From an uncultured Actinomycetota bacterium (GTDB lineage Bacteria; Actinomycetota; Humimicrobiia; Humimicrobiales; Humimicrobiaceae), in the NCBI GenBank assembly GCA_964578625.1, contig CAZODQ010000002.1, positions 22,036 through 86,035 on the forward strand: a stretch of 64,000 bases of DNA, written 5' to 3'. The position numbers were made by a program, and so were the translations under genes. Below the pieces are notes generated by a model that did no database searches, was not told the origin of the DNA, and was given only the letters and a program-made list of their open reading frames with translations. Positions 21,963 to 31,431 of the stretch are shown here, one piece after another. The first letter of the stretch is position 1. Each line of letters opens with the position of its first letter.

Positions 21963-22868
21963 TTATACCTTTCTAAGCAGCAGGAATTTTGCCATGTTGA
22001 CAAGCAACTTACGCTCAATGTCCATGCTCTCTATTATCTCAATAGATTTTTTAATTTTTCTTTCAGCAATTTTTTTTGACTTTGAAACCCCCCACATATC
22101 CGGATAGGTATTTTTTTTCTGAAGGGCATCCTTTCCAGTGGATTTTCCTGCCGTTTTCCTATTTGATGTCACATCCAGAATATCATCTGTGATCTGAAAA
22201 GCCAGACCCAAATTCTCGGAATAATCAGTTAATTTTTTAAGAACACTGCCTTCTGCTCCACATATAATTGCTGCACATCTGACAGAAGAAGCTATCAGTT
22301 TTCCCGTTTTATTCTTATGCATATATTCCAATCTATCTTTACTTATTTTCTTACCGGTGTAATAAACGTCAATTATCTGGCCTGCAGCCATCCCGTTTAC
22401 GCCAGTAGCATCGGTGATCTCACCTAAAATCTTTACTTTAGTTCCTGCATCAGTATTCTGGTATTTTATTATAATATTAATTGCTTCCGAAAATAGAGCA
22501 TCTCCGGTAAGTATTGCAATATCTTCTCCGAATTTTTTATGACATGTAGGTTTACCCCTCCTCATGTCATCATTATCCATGGAAGGCAAATCATCATGTA
22601 TTAATGAATAAGTGTGTATGAATTCGATCGCACAGGCTGTAGGCATTACTATTTTATAATCATACCCCATGCTTTTTGCCGTAATCATGCATAATATCGG
22701 CCTAAATCTTTTGCCGCCGCTTTCAATACTGTATTTAATAGCTTCTTTCAGGATATCTGGGATTCTCTCATACTTTTTAATATAATATCTTAAATTATCA
22801 TTGACTATTTTTATTAAAAATTCAGGATACAGCTTATTTTCTTTTAGATTATAATCTTTTGCAACCAT
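21963..22868 (-). CDS. ispA: Polyprenyl (farnesyl/geranylgeranyl) diphosphate synthase
   Basis: 301 aa with first and second Asp-rich motifs LIHDDLPSMDNDDMRRGKPT and FQITDDILD. Confidence 0.93.
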   Translation of the reverse strand: MVAKDYNLKENKLYPEFLIKIVNDNLRYYIKKYERIPDILKEAIKYSIESGGKRFRPILCMITAKSMGYDYKIVMPTACAIEFIHTYSLIHDDLPSMDNDDMRRGKPTCHKKFGEDIAILTGDALFSEAINIIIKYQNTDAGTKVKILGEITDATGVNGMAAGQIIDVYYTGKKISKDRLEYMHKNKTGKLIASSVRCAAIICGAEGSVLKKLTDYSENLGLAFQITDDILDVTSNRKTAGKSTGKDALQKKNTYPDMWGVSKSKKIAERKIKKSIEIIESMDIERKLLVNMAKFLLLRKV

Positions 22869-22897
22869 CTTTTTTTAAATACTTTAGAAAAGATTTT

Positions 22898-23305
22898 TTA
22901 TTTCTTTATATCACTTAAAATTTTCCCTAAAATACCATTCACAAACTTTGGGGTGTCATCTTTTTGGCCAAGGCTTTTAGAAATTTCAATAGCTTCATCC
23001 ACTGATACCTTAAGTGGTATTTCATCTTCATACAGCATTTCGTAAATAGCTACTCTTAGAATATTCCTGTCAATAATGGCTATTCTTTCCAGAGTCCAGT
23101 TCTCTACGACATCTTTAATCATCCGGTCTATTTTCTTCCTATGGTCATCCACACCATTAATAAGTTTCAAAGTAAACTCATCGTATTCTCTGCCAACCAG
23201 CATATCATTTTTTAAAATATCGTCTATTTTTTTATTGAGCAAATCTCTCTGATACAATAATATTATCGCATTCTCTCTACTTTTTCTTCTTGTTGTTTTG
23301 GACAT
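22898..23305 (-). CDS. nusB: Transcription antitermination factor NusB
   Basis: 135 aa with RRKSRENAIILLYQ N-terminus and DRNILRVAIYEMLY. Confidence 0.93.
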   Translation of the reverse strand: MSKTTRRKSRENAIILLYQRDLLNKKIDDILKNDMLVGREYDEFTLKLINGVDDHRKKIDRMIKDVVENWTLERIAIIDRNILRVAIYEMLYEDEIPLKVSVDEAIEISKSLGQKDDTPKFVNGILGKILSDIKK

Positions 23306-23329
23306 CTTATAAAATACAATTTAAAGTAT

Positions 23330-23890
23330 TCAGGTGCTTACCCGGGTTATATATTCACCTGTTCTAGTATCAATCCTTATGATATCTCCAGCATTTATAA
23401 ACAGGGGGACCTGTATTTTTGCTCCCGTTTCTATCTCAGCAGGCTTAAAGCTCGAGCTTACGGTATCACCTTTGACACCTGGCTCAGTCCTAGTGACTTT
23501 AGCTTCAATAAATATAGGAAGTTCAATTGAAATTGGTTTGCCTTTATAAAATATAACAGATAATTCCATATTTTCCATTAAATAATCCTCTATATCTCCA
23601 ATTATATCACCAGCCAGCTGGATTTGTTCAAAAGTCCTGTTATCCATCAGATTATAATATTCATCTTTGTATAGATACTGCATTTTTTTGCTTTCCAGTA
23701 AAGCCTGCTCCATTTTTTCACCTGCCCTGAAAGTCTTGTCGATAATAGCTCCGGTGTTCAAATCTTTCAGTTTAGTTCTGACAAAAGCACCGCCCTTTCC
23801 GGGTTTTACATGCTGAAAATATAATATTTTATAAAGCTGGCCATTATAAATTATAGATAGTCCGTTCTTGAAATCACTTGTGCTTATCAT
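23330..23890 (-). CDS. efp: Elongation factor P
   Basis: 186 aa with MISTSDFKNGLSIIYNGQLYKILYFQHVKPGKGGAFVRTKLK. Confidence 0.97.
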   Translation of the reverse strand: MISTSDFKNGLSIIYNGQLYKILYFQHVKPGKGGAFVRTKLKDLNTGAIIDKTFRAGEKMEQALLESKKMQYLYKDEYYNLMDNRTFEQIQLAGDIIGDIEDYLMENMELSVIFYKGKPISIELPIFIEAKVTRTEPGVKGDTVSSSFKPAEIETGAKIQVPLFINAGDIIRIDTRTGEYITRVST

Positions 23891-23919
23891 AAGCTGTTTC
23901 CTTTATAAAAATTTAAATA

Positions 23920-25047
23920 TTAATCTAATATAAGAAATTCTTTCTTAGAATCATAGAGCACCTCGCATTTATTTTTTCCTACTATAACTATGTCCTCTAT
24001 CCTTATTCCTCCTAAGTTCTCTATATATATCCCCGGTTCAATTGTTATTACCATATTTTCCTTCAATACTGTTTTACTTTCCATTGTTATTTTTGGCTCC
24101 TCATGGACTTCCAGGCCTACTCCGTGTCCCAGCCCATGTCCGAAGTTTTTACCATAACCTTTTAAAAATATGAACTTTCTGACTTTACTGTCCAGCTTGC
24201 TTGAAGCTATCCCTTCTCTACAATTTTCTAATGCCAGTTGTTGAGCTTTTAAGACTATATCATAAATCTTTTTAAATTTGTCGCTTTTTTTACGATTCCC
24301 TATAAATACAGTTCTTGTCATATCTGAACAGTAGTTATCGAACCTGCATCCAAAATCTAAAAGTAGCAGGCCATCTTTTATCCTTATGTTTCGTGGAGAA
24401 TAATGAGGCATAGAAGAATTCTTCCCGTATGCAGAAATAATATCAAATGACTTTCCATCCGACCCATTCTTTACCAGCAGCTCTTCTATTTTAAGTGCAA
24501 GTTCTATTTCCGACAATCTCCTCATCTCAAAAGCACCTGAATTTATTATGTTTTTAAAAACTTTGTCCGTAATTTTACATGCAGTTTTTATTTTCAAGAT
24601 CTCATACCGGTCCTTGATCGATCTTAGTTTCTCTACCGTCCCACTTTTATCTATAAATCTTTTCCCCTGTGCAGACAGCAGTTTCTCAAATTTAAGAAAA
24701 TCACTATGACTTATATTATTTCCCTCTGCACCGACCGATCTAATATTATAATTGCTTAAAATTTCTGTAAGCTTTCCGTATTTATCATTCCCGAAACAGA
24801 CGATATTTACTTTTTTATTTTCAACTGACTTTTTTGCCTGTTCAAAGAAGATGAAATTCACTAAAAGGTAAATGTCATTTCCTAAAAAAAGAAGTATACT
24901 TTTTGAATCTTTGCCATAAAAACCTGTAAGGTAATATATATTTTCGTCTTTTAAAATGATTAGACTTGAAGTTTTTTGTTTTTTGAGATGTTTAGATATT
25001 TTTTCTATACGTAAGTCATAATATTTTCCAAGGGCTTTAGTGCTCAT
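23920..25047 (-). CDS. pepP: Xaa-Pro aminopeptidase/dipeptidase (M24B)
   Basis: 375 aa with the metal-ligand pattern DFGCRFDNYCSDMTRT ... GHGLGHGVGLEVHE ... TIEPGIY. Conserved position between aroQ/pilins and efp. Confidence 0.9.
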   Translation of the reverse strand: MSTKALGKYYDLRIEKISKHLKKQKTSSLIILKDENIYYLTGFYGKDSKSILLFLGNDIYLLVNFIFFEQAKKSVENKKVNIVCFGNDKYGKLTEILSNYNIRSVGAEGNNISHSDFLKFEKLLSAQGKRFIDKSGTVEKLRSIKDRYEILKIKTACKITDKVFKNIINSGAFEMRRLSEIELALKIEELLVKNGSDGKSFDIISAYGKNSSMPHYSPRNIRIKDGLLLLDFGCRFDNYCSDMTRTVFIGNRKKSDKFKKIYDIVLKAQQLALENCREGIASSKLDSKVRKFIFLKGYGKNFGHGLGHGVGLEVHEEPKITMESKTVLKENMVITIEPGIYIENLGGIRIEDIVIVGKNKCEVLYDSKKEFLILD

Positions 25048-25058
25048 ATTATGTACTA

Positions 25059-26684
25059 TTAATCAATTGTCTCCTGCCATTCCTTGGTAAATGTCGCCCC
25101 TCCATAATACAGCATGGGCATATCTTCCGGAATACTATCGCTCAATCCATCCTGATAACCTATAGTGGAAAAACTTCCAATAAGCCAGCCGAGTAAACCG
25201 CTCAAGTCATCAGCATCAATCTGTCCTGCTAAGATAGAGCCCAAAACAGCAGTGTGCCTGCTGAATGTCACTGTTCCGCCTGCCATACCCAGTATATACA
25301 AGTCGGGGTCTTCATAATCTCCAAAAAAATTATTATAACATGAAGAATCATTATTTATATTTATGTCTAGATTTCCCGGAGTCATTAAAATAAGTAAACT
25401 GTCCTCTGGAAAATCACCTACATTTGTAGGAACGAGACCGCATGAAGCATCAATATTTCCGGTAGCAATTAATTTTCCCTTTCCCGAATAATAAATATCA
25501 TTATCTGGAGGATCCAAATTCAAATCTTCTATATCTTCACCAATTATAATATTTCCGTTCACCAATACATTGCCCCGTACTTCCAGATAATAGCTCCCAT
25601 TAACCTCATCGTACCAAAACTTAATCGAATTGTCTCCATCGGTCCTTAAAAATTCATATGGCGGTTCCACTGGCAGAAGACTTATATCTATTACAAAATC
25701 ATCACCGGTCATATCGTCTTCATCAATTACAAGAACATCAGTAGGAGGCTCCTGGATATCAATCATAAAATTATTGACATATACCGAAGAATCAAAGTTC
25801 GGAGGGTCGAATATCTCATCACCCAGTGGTGGATTATAATATAAATGAGAACCCCCCTCTACATCGATTACTCCTTCACAGCAAAGATTTATGGGATTTC
25901 CCGAATTCTCCCCTATTTGTGAATTACCCGTCATCCTTATATCTTTCATGACTATCATATATTCTTCAAAATCATGTTCAAGATAAGCACGACCGCTCAT
26001 TTCAACATTTCCTCCCACATTAACAGGCCCTGCGTCAAGATCTGCCCATTCACCCATATCCAGATTACCGCCAATAAGGATCTTTCCTCCACCTGAAAAA
26101 TATCTCCCTTCCAATAACCTTAATGTAACATTTCCCCTTATATATGTCGGTCCGTTAAAGAAAGGATTCCCTTCAATTATCGTAAGATCATCAAAAGTTA
26201 TGCTGCCTTTTGAATAAATGTAATCAAATATATTTACCTCGGTTGAAAAACTTACTCCCAGATTTACTCTTACTTCCCTGGTCTCACCGCTAACTGCATC
26301 CGTACCCACTGAATTTATTATATAGTTGGTTACTTCGCCATCATCGTTATAAATCCTGTCATAAGTTACATAAAAACTGCCTTGTACAACTCCATCCGAA
26401 TCGGCAACATCTTTAGGGTAGCCGCTGCCGCTTGAAGGAAGGCTTGTTATTTCCTCATTATAGTACTTTTCGATGGTTGAATACATATCTGCCAATCCTG
26501 CCTCTGCAATATTTAATGCCTTAAACTTACCTTCATCAAATTTGGTAAAAATTATATCCCTGAACATATACCCGACCAGAGTGGTCATGGCCATTATTAT
26601 TGCAAAACTTATTATCAATACTAATATAGTAGTATTACCACATATTCTTTTTATTTTAAAATCATAATTTTTATTTTTTATCAT
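25059..26684 (-). CDS. Large PilX-like pilus-associated protein with predicted beta-helix repeat body (candidate tip/adhesin subunit)
   Basis: 541 aa. N-terminal hydrophobic anchor TTILVLIISFAIIMAMTTLVGYMF followed by ALNIAEAGL (PilX_N-like). It lacks the G/F-x-x-x-E prepilin cleavage motif. Middle has Gly/Asn-rich repeats of GN(V/L)-type. Last gene of the minor-pilin block. Confidence 0.6.
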   Translation of the reverse strand: MIKNKNYDFKIKRICGNTTILVLIISFAIIMAMTTLVGYMFRDIIFTKFDEGKFKALNIAEAGLADMYSTIEKYYNEEITSLPSSGSGYPKDVADSDGVVQGSFYVTYDRIYNDDGEVTNYIINSVGTDAVSGETREVRVNLGVSFSTEVNIFDYIYSKGSITFDDLTIIEGNPFFNGPTYIRGNVTLRLLEGRYFSGGGKILIGGNLDMGEWADLDAGPVNVGGNVEMSGRAYLEHDFEEYMIVMKDIRMTGNSQIGENSGNPINLCCEGVIDVEGGSHLYYNPPLGDEIFDPPNFDSSVYVNNFMIDIQEPPTDVLVIDEDDMTGDDFVIDISLLPVEPPYEFLRTDGDNSIKFWYDEVNGSYYLEVRGNVLVNGNIIIGEDIEDLNLDPPDNDIYYSGKGKLIATGNIDASCGLVPTNVGDFPEDSLLILMTPGNLDININNDSSCYNNFFGDYEDPDLYILGMAGGTVTFSRHTAVLGSILAGQIDADDLSGLLGWLIGSFSTIGYQDGLSDSIPEDMPMLYYGGATFTKEWQETID

Positions 26685-26686
26685 CG

Positions 26687-27283
26687 TTAAATCCTATTTC
26701 TCAATGTAATGGATGTTTCCAGATTCATAGTCCTTGCACCCTCGGTAGCACTTTCCTGATCAATCAATAGACTTATGTTTACGCTTTTTATAGTCCCCAG
26801 CTCCAAAGAATCTACCGGAACATCCAGGCTCTCTTCACCATAACCGGTTTTATAGGAAAATATTTCATCGCTTATAACATGTTTTACTAATATTTTATCT
26901 TCACCGTCCTCTACGCCCCTCCAAAAATCTAAAAATGAAGGATCTTCCGTGTCAGCCAACAGGTAATAATGCACCCTTTCAAAACTATCATCAGTGTCAA
27001 TATTACTGTAGAATATGACTTCATCTTTATCAGCTTCTTCAATAGTCGATATTTCTCTCATATCCTTACTTATCCTATATACTGCAGTTCTTGCATCTCT
27101 TACTGAAGTGGCTGTATTTATGGTAATATCCGTAGCATTTGTAGCATTAAAGTAAGACATTGCAGTCAAAGTCACAATAACAAGTATTAAAAATGTAGAC
27201 AGCATTAATTCAATTATAGTCATACCTTTATTATCCCTTAACTTATTAACCAATTGTAATTTAATCTTCCTTCTTACAATCAT
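26687..27283 (-). CDS. Prepilin-type N-terminal cleavage/methylation domain protein (minor pilin, PilW-like)
   Basis: 198 aa with a class III signal peptide ...RDNKG/MTIIELMLSTFLILVIVTL (Glu at +5). Confidence 0.8.
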   Translation of the reverse strand: MIVRRKIKLQLVNKLRDNKGMTIIELMLSTFLILVIVTLTAMSYFNATNATDITINTATSVRDARTAVYRISKDMREISTIEEADKDEVIFYSNIDTDDSFERVHYYLLADTEDPSFLDFWRGVEDGEDKILVKHVISDEIFSYKTGYGEESLDVPVDSLELGTIKSVNISLLIDQESATEGARTMNLETSITLRNRI

Positions 27284-27310
27284 AAGTTTACATTTAAAAA
27301 TTTTTCATGC

Positions 27311-28060
27311 TTATAAATCCTCTGTTGACACTTCATCGCTGGGGTCACTTTTGTATCCATCAGCATATACTACTATAACATAGTAAGTATGATCTCTATG
27401 CCTCCAATCAAAAAAACTATCAGAATAACGTGTAAGATTCGTGGTATCAATCTGCGATCCATCCCTGTAAATCTCATAATAGTCCACTATAGTTTCTGTT
27501 TCAGGCTCATCCCAGTTTAATTCAATAAACCAAAATAAAAGCCAGAATCCGCTTATAGTAAGATTTCTTACCGGGGGATATGGTGCCAGAGGAGGCCCTC
27601 CTTCTCCGAATTCAGGGTACAGCTGGGTTACTATCGATATCTCCTCGGGCATCTTATCATTTACTGCACTTATCTCTATCTGCTTATAGCTGTATTCACC
27701 CTCAACCCAGGTAACAGTCCGCCTTACCGTATAATCAGTCCCATGGTAGTCTACCACCGATTCGGATTCCAGAGACCCTTCGGGATTACTTCCAGAAGCT
27801 CCGATAATTCCTACCTCATCATAATCCCTCAGCCTTATTTCTTCCAATTCCATATTAGCTAAAGCAATAGCCTCGGTTTTGGACTTATTTATTTCCGTTG
27901 CCCTTATGGCTATCATAACGCTTTGAACCATTGCTAAAGAAACAAGAGATAAGATAAGAAAAGCAATGACAATTTCTACCAGGGTCATACCTTTTTCTTT
28001 TTTTAAAATCCGGCATTTTTTAAATATATTTATTTTTGATTTTAAATATTTTCCTAACAT
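27311..28060 (-). CDS. Prepilin-type minor pilin (PilV-like) with a C-terminal fibronectin-type-III-like domain
   Basis: 249 aa with a class III signal ...KKEKG/MTLVEIVIAFLILSLVSL. The C-terminal 90 aa, PPVRNLTISG...WDEPETETIVDYYEIYRDGSQI...YYVIVVYADGYKSDPSDEV, resembles an FN3 fold. Confidence 0.75.
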   Translation of the reverse strand: MLGKYLKSKINIFKKCRILKKEKGMTLVEIVIAFLILSLVSLAMVQSVMIAIRATEINKSKTEAIALANMELEEIRLRDYDEVGIIGASGSNPEGSLESESVVDYHGTDYTVRRTVTWVEGEYSYKQIEISAVNDKMPEEISIVTQLYPEFGEGGPPLAPYPPVRNLTISGFWLLFWFIELNWDEPETETIVDYYEIYRDGSQIDTTNLTRYSDSFFDWRHRDHTYYVIVVYADGYKSDPSDEVSTEDL

Positions 28061-28069
28061 ATTGGATCC

Positions 28070-28501
28070 CTAAAGACAATAATCAAGAACATATCTTAAT
28101 GCAGTGTTGTATACCTCGATTCCCAATCCGCTTATTACCCCTTTTACTACTTTCGATATAACCGATTTTGATCTCCAATCTTCTCTTGTGAAAATATTAG
28201 ATATATGCACTTCAATAGCTGGGATATTGCTCGCGACTATTGCGTCTCTTATTCCATAACTGTAATGAGTAAATGCACCCGGATTAATTATTATAAAATC
28301 AACACTGCCTATGCATTGGTGAATCTTATCAATAATTTCACCTTCATGGTTTGACTGAAAATATAAAAGCTCTACCTTCCCTTTTACTATTTTATCCAGG
28401 TCTTTTTTTATATCCTCAAAGCTTTTTTCCCCATATATATTTTTCTCTCTTTGACCCAATAAATTTAGATTAGGGCCATTTATTATAATGACCTTTTTCA
28501 C
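28070..28501 (-). CDS. aroQ: 3-dehydroquinate dehydratase, type II
   Basis: 143 aa with IINGPNLNLLGQREKNIYG and INPGAFTHYSYGIRDA. Confidence 0.95.
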   Translation of the reverse strand: MKKVIIINGPNLNLLGQREKNIYGEKSFEDIKKDLDKIVKGKVELLYFQSNHEGEIIDKIHQCIGSVDFIIINPGAFTHYSYGIRDAIVASNIPAIEVHISNIFTREDWRSKSVISKVVKGVISGLGIEVYNTALRYVLDYCL

Positions 28502-28588
28502 TTTTATAAAATCTCCCAGACTTATTTATTTAATTACCTGACAGCCAAAAATAATTAATATTATAATTAATATTTTCTTTATATACAC

Positions 28589-29704
28589 TTAAATATAATT
28601 ATACATACTTTTTTTAATATTATCAACAATCACTTTCCTGTCTATATCATAATAAAAAACAGGTCTATTTATCCCTTTCAGTAAGATAAATTTATTTTTA
28701 GACGTACTAAATTTCTTGTCATATTTCAATGCATTTATTATTTTTCCAATCCTTTTTTCCGGAATTTTAAAAGGCAGCTTCAACTTCTTGTACAGCTCAA
28801 TGATATTATTTTTAATTTTTTCATCAAATAATCCTAGTGAAATTGAGATATCGATAGCAATTATCATTCCGACACTTATTGCTTCCCCGTGGTTTATTTC
28901 CTTTAAATCAAATGCGTTTTCAATGCTGTGCCCTATCGTATGGCCGAAATTAAGCAAATTTCTGTAGTTTAAATCAAATTCATCCTTTTCTACTACTTTT
29001 GTTTTTATACAGCAGCTTGTATACATAATATCCTCAAAAACTTTTGTTTTAACTAATCTCAATAGTCTGTCTTTTCTTTGATCTTCCACACTCTCTGATA
29101 ATTTCTTAAGTATATTTTTATTGAAGACCAGTCCATATTTAACGATTTCACCTAGACCATTGATGATCTGATTTTCTTCCAGTGTGTAATTAATTATTGG
29201 GTCTATGACCACCATATGAGGTTGATAAAAGCATCCAATTACATTTTTTACACTTCCATAGTTTACAACAACCTTACCCCCAATACTGCTGTCGACCTGC
29301 CCGATTATCGTAGTCGGATATTGTACAAATTTTACTCCTCTGTGAAATGTTGAAGCTGTAAAACCGGTAAGGTCTCCTATTACTCCGCCTCCGAATGCCA
29401 TTACAATATCATTTCTATGTAAATTAAAATCGATAAGCCTCTTAAATATAAAATCTGCACTCTTTAAACTTTTATATTCCTCGCCATCTTTTATAATTAT
29501 GATTTTAAAAGGAAGCAGGCACTTTTTTAAAGTACCCTTTATCATTCTTCCATATATTCCATATATTTTATCATTTGTGACCAGTACGATTTTATCAGCA
29601 TCATGGAATTTTCTTTTAATCAAATCTGGAAAATAATTATGGATCTTGGGGCTTATATATATTGGGTATTTTCTAAGTTTAGTTTTGACAGTAATGGTTT
29701 TCAT
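28589..29704 (-). CDS. aroB: 3-dehydroquinate synthase
   Basis: 371 aa with GGGVIGDLTGFTASTFHRGVKFVQYPTT and LNFGHTIGHSIE. Confidence 0.93.
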   Translation of the reverse strand: MKTITVKTKLRKYPIYISPKIHNYFPDLIKRKFHDADKIVLVTNDKIYGIYGRMIKGTLKKCLLPFKIIIIKDGEEYKSLKSADFIFKRLIDFNLHRNDIVMAFGGGVIGDLTGFTASTFHRGVKFVQYPTTIIGQVDSSIGGKVVVNYGSVKNVIGCFYQPHMVVIDPIINYTLEENQIINGLGEIVKYGLVFNKNILKKLSESVEDQRKDRLLRLVKTKVFEDIMYTSCCIKTKVVEKDEFDLNYRNLLNFGHTIGHSIENAFDLKEINHGEAISVGMIIAIDISISLGLFDEKIKNNIIELYKKLKLPFKIPEKRIGKIINALKYDKKFSTSKNKFILLKGINRPVFYYDIDRKVIVDNIKKSMYNYI

Positions 29705-29723
29705 TAATGGTATTCATTTGTTT

Positions 29724-30236
29724 TTAAGCTTTAAGCCTGTTCATTATCTCACTCACCGCCTGACCGGGATTTTTTTGAGAGTTATTTATAATTATATCGG
29801 CATATTTACGATACAATACTTCCCTCTTTCTAATCATTTTTTCTACAGTCTCATCTCTTTTTTCAACATCAATCAAAGGCCTGTCATTAACGTTTTTAAG
29901 ACGATCTATTGCATCCCGTGTAGATATATTTAAATAAACATTAATACCGCTGCTTTTGATTATATCCATATTTTTTTTTCTTTTTACTATACCTCCCCCA
30001 CAGGCAAAGACACAATTTTTATTTTTATATATCTTCCCGGTAACTTTTGTTTCCAGGTCTCTGAAATATTTTTCACCCTTTAATCTGAAAATATCTTTTA
30101 TTCTTTTCCCTTCAGCCAGTTCTATTACCCTATCCATATCAATAAATGTAAATCCTAACTTCTCTGCTAATAATTTACCCACCGTACTCTTTCCGGATCC
30201 CATAAAACCGGTAAGGCATATATTTTTAAAATCCAT
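29724..30236 (-). CDS. aroK: Shikimate kinase
   Basis: 170 aa, P-loop GFMGSGKSTVGKLLA, followed by DMD and GGG motifs. Confidence 0.92.
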   Translation of the reverse strand: MDFKNICLTGFMGSGKSTVGKLLAEKLGFTFIDMDRVIELAEGKRIKDIFRLKGEKYFRDLETKVTGKIYKNKNCVFACGGGIVKRKKNMDIIKSSGINVYLNISTRDAIDRLKNVNDRPLIDVEKRDETVEKMIRKREVLYRKYADIIINNSQKNPGQAVSEIMNRLKA

Positions 30237-30244
30237 ACAGATAT

Positions 30245-31411
30245 TTAAACTTTTTCAAGATATCTTTTATAATTATTAAAATTTTCTAAAATTTCTTCTA
30301 TACTATCTCTTCCAAATTTTTCTTGAACCGAATCCAGAATCTCTATAGATAGCATCGCCTCACCTATAATCGAAGCACTTGGAACCGCACAAATATCCGA
30401 CCTTTCTTTTAAACTTACTCCATCCTCTTTGCTCTTTATATTTACAGTATGCATTCCTTTACCTGTAGTAGGTATTGGTTTTATAAGAGCACCTACCACT
30501 ACAGGCGCCCCATTAGTCATTCCGCCCTCTATTCCACCCGCTCTATTTGTCTTTCTATAGAATCCTTTACTTTTCTTATAATAGATCTCATCATGAAAGT
30601 CAGTTCCGGTCTTCTCAGTTAAATTAGAGATATTACCTATTTCAACACTCTTAATTGCCGGTATACTCATAAAAGACCTTGCTATTTTAGCGTCAATTCT
30701 CCTGTCCCATTGCGAATATGATCCCAATCCGGCAGGTACTCCCATAGCGATAACCTTAAATCTTCCGCCTATACTATCTTTATTTTCCTTAGCTTTGATT
30801 ATTTCTTTTTTCATCTGTAACCCTGCTTTTTTATCAGGACATCTGACTTCTGATTTTTCAATATCTTCTAATGTTTTAATGTTTATATTTATGTCTTTAT
30901 TTAATAAAATCCTGCCAATCTGTACCACATAACTTAATATATTTATCCCCATAAGCTTCAATACAATTTTGGCAAATGCCCCTACACATACCCTTACCGC
31001 GGTTTCTCTTGCACTGCTTCTTTCTATTACATCTCTAATATCATCCAGTCTGTATTTTAAAAATCCCGGCAGATCTGCATGACCCGGTCTTGGATTCAAT
31101 AATTTATCCTCCGAACTGGCACCGTTCTGATTATCAGGATTTATATCCATTGTTTCTTTCCAGTTATGCCAATCCTTATTACTTATAATAAATGAAATCG
31201 GTGATCCCATACTCTTGCCTTTTCTAATACCGGATATTATTTCCACTTCATCCTTCTCTATTGACATTCTTTGTCCTCTTCCAAAACCTTTTTGTCTTCT
31301 GGAAAGTTCGTAATTTAAATATCCTGTATCTACCAATACTCCTGAGGGATAGTCATCTATTATTCCTACAAGGCTTTTACCATGAGATTCACCGGCAGTT
31401 AGAAATCTCAA
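30245..31411 (-). CDS. aroC: Chorismate synthase
   Basis: 388 aa with MRFLTAGESHG and RPGHADL, SARETAVRV signatures. Confidence 0.96.
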   Translation of the reverse strand: MRFLTAGESHGKSLVGIIDDYPSGVLVDTGYLNYELSRRQKGFGRGQRMSIEKDEVEIISGIRKGKSMGSPISFIISNKDWHNWKETMDINPDNQNGASSEDKLLNPRPGHADLPGFLKYRLDDIRDVIERSSARETAVRVCVGAFAKIVLKLMGINILSYVVQIGRILLNKDININIKTLEDIEKSEVRCPDKKAGLQMKKEIIKAKENKDSIGGRFKVIAMGVPAGLGSYSQWDRRIDAKIARSFMSIPAIKSVEIGNISNLTEKTGTDFHDEIYYKKSKGFYRKTNRAGGIEGGMTNGAPVVVGALIKPIPTTGKGMHTVNIKSKEDGVSLKERSDICAVPSASIIGEAMLSIEILDSVQEKFGRDSIEEILENFNNYKRYLEKV

Positions 31412-31431
31412 AGAATAATTATTCCCCTTCC

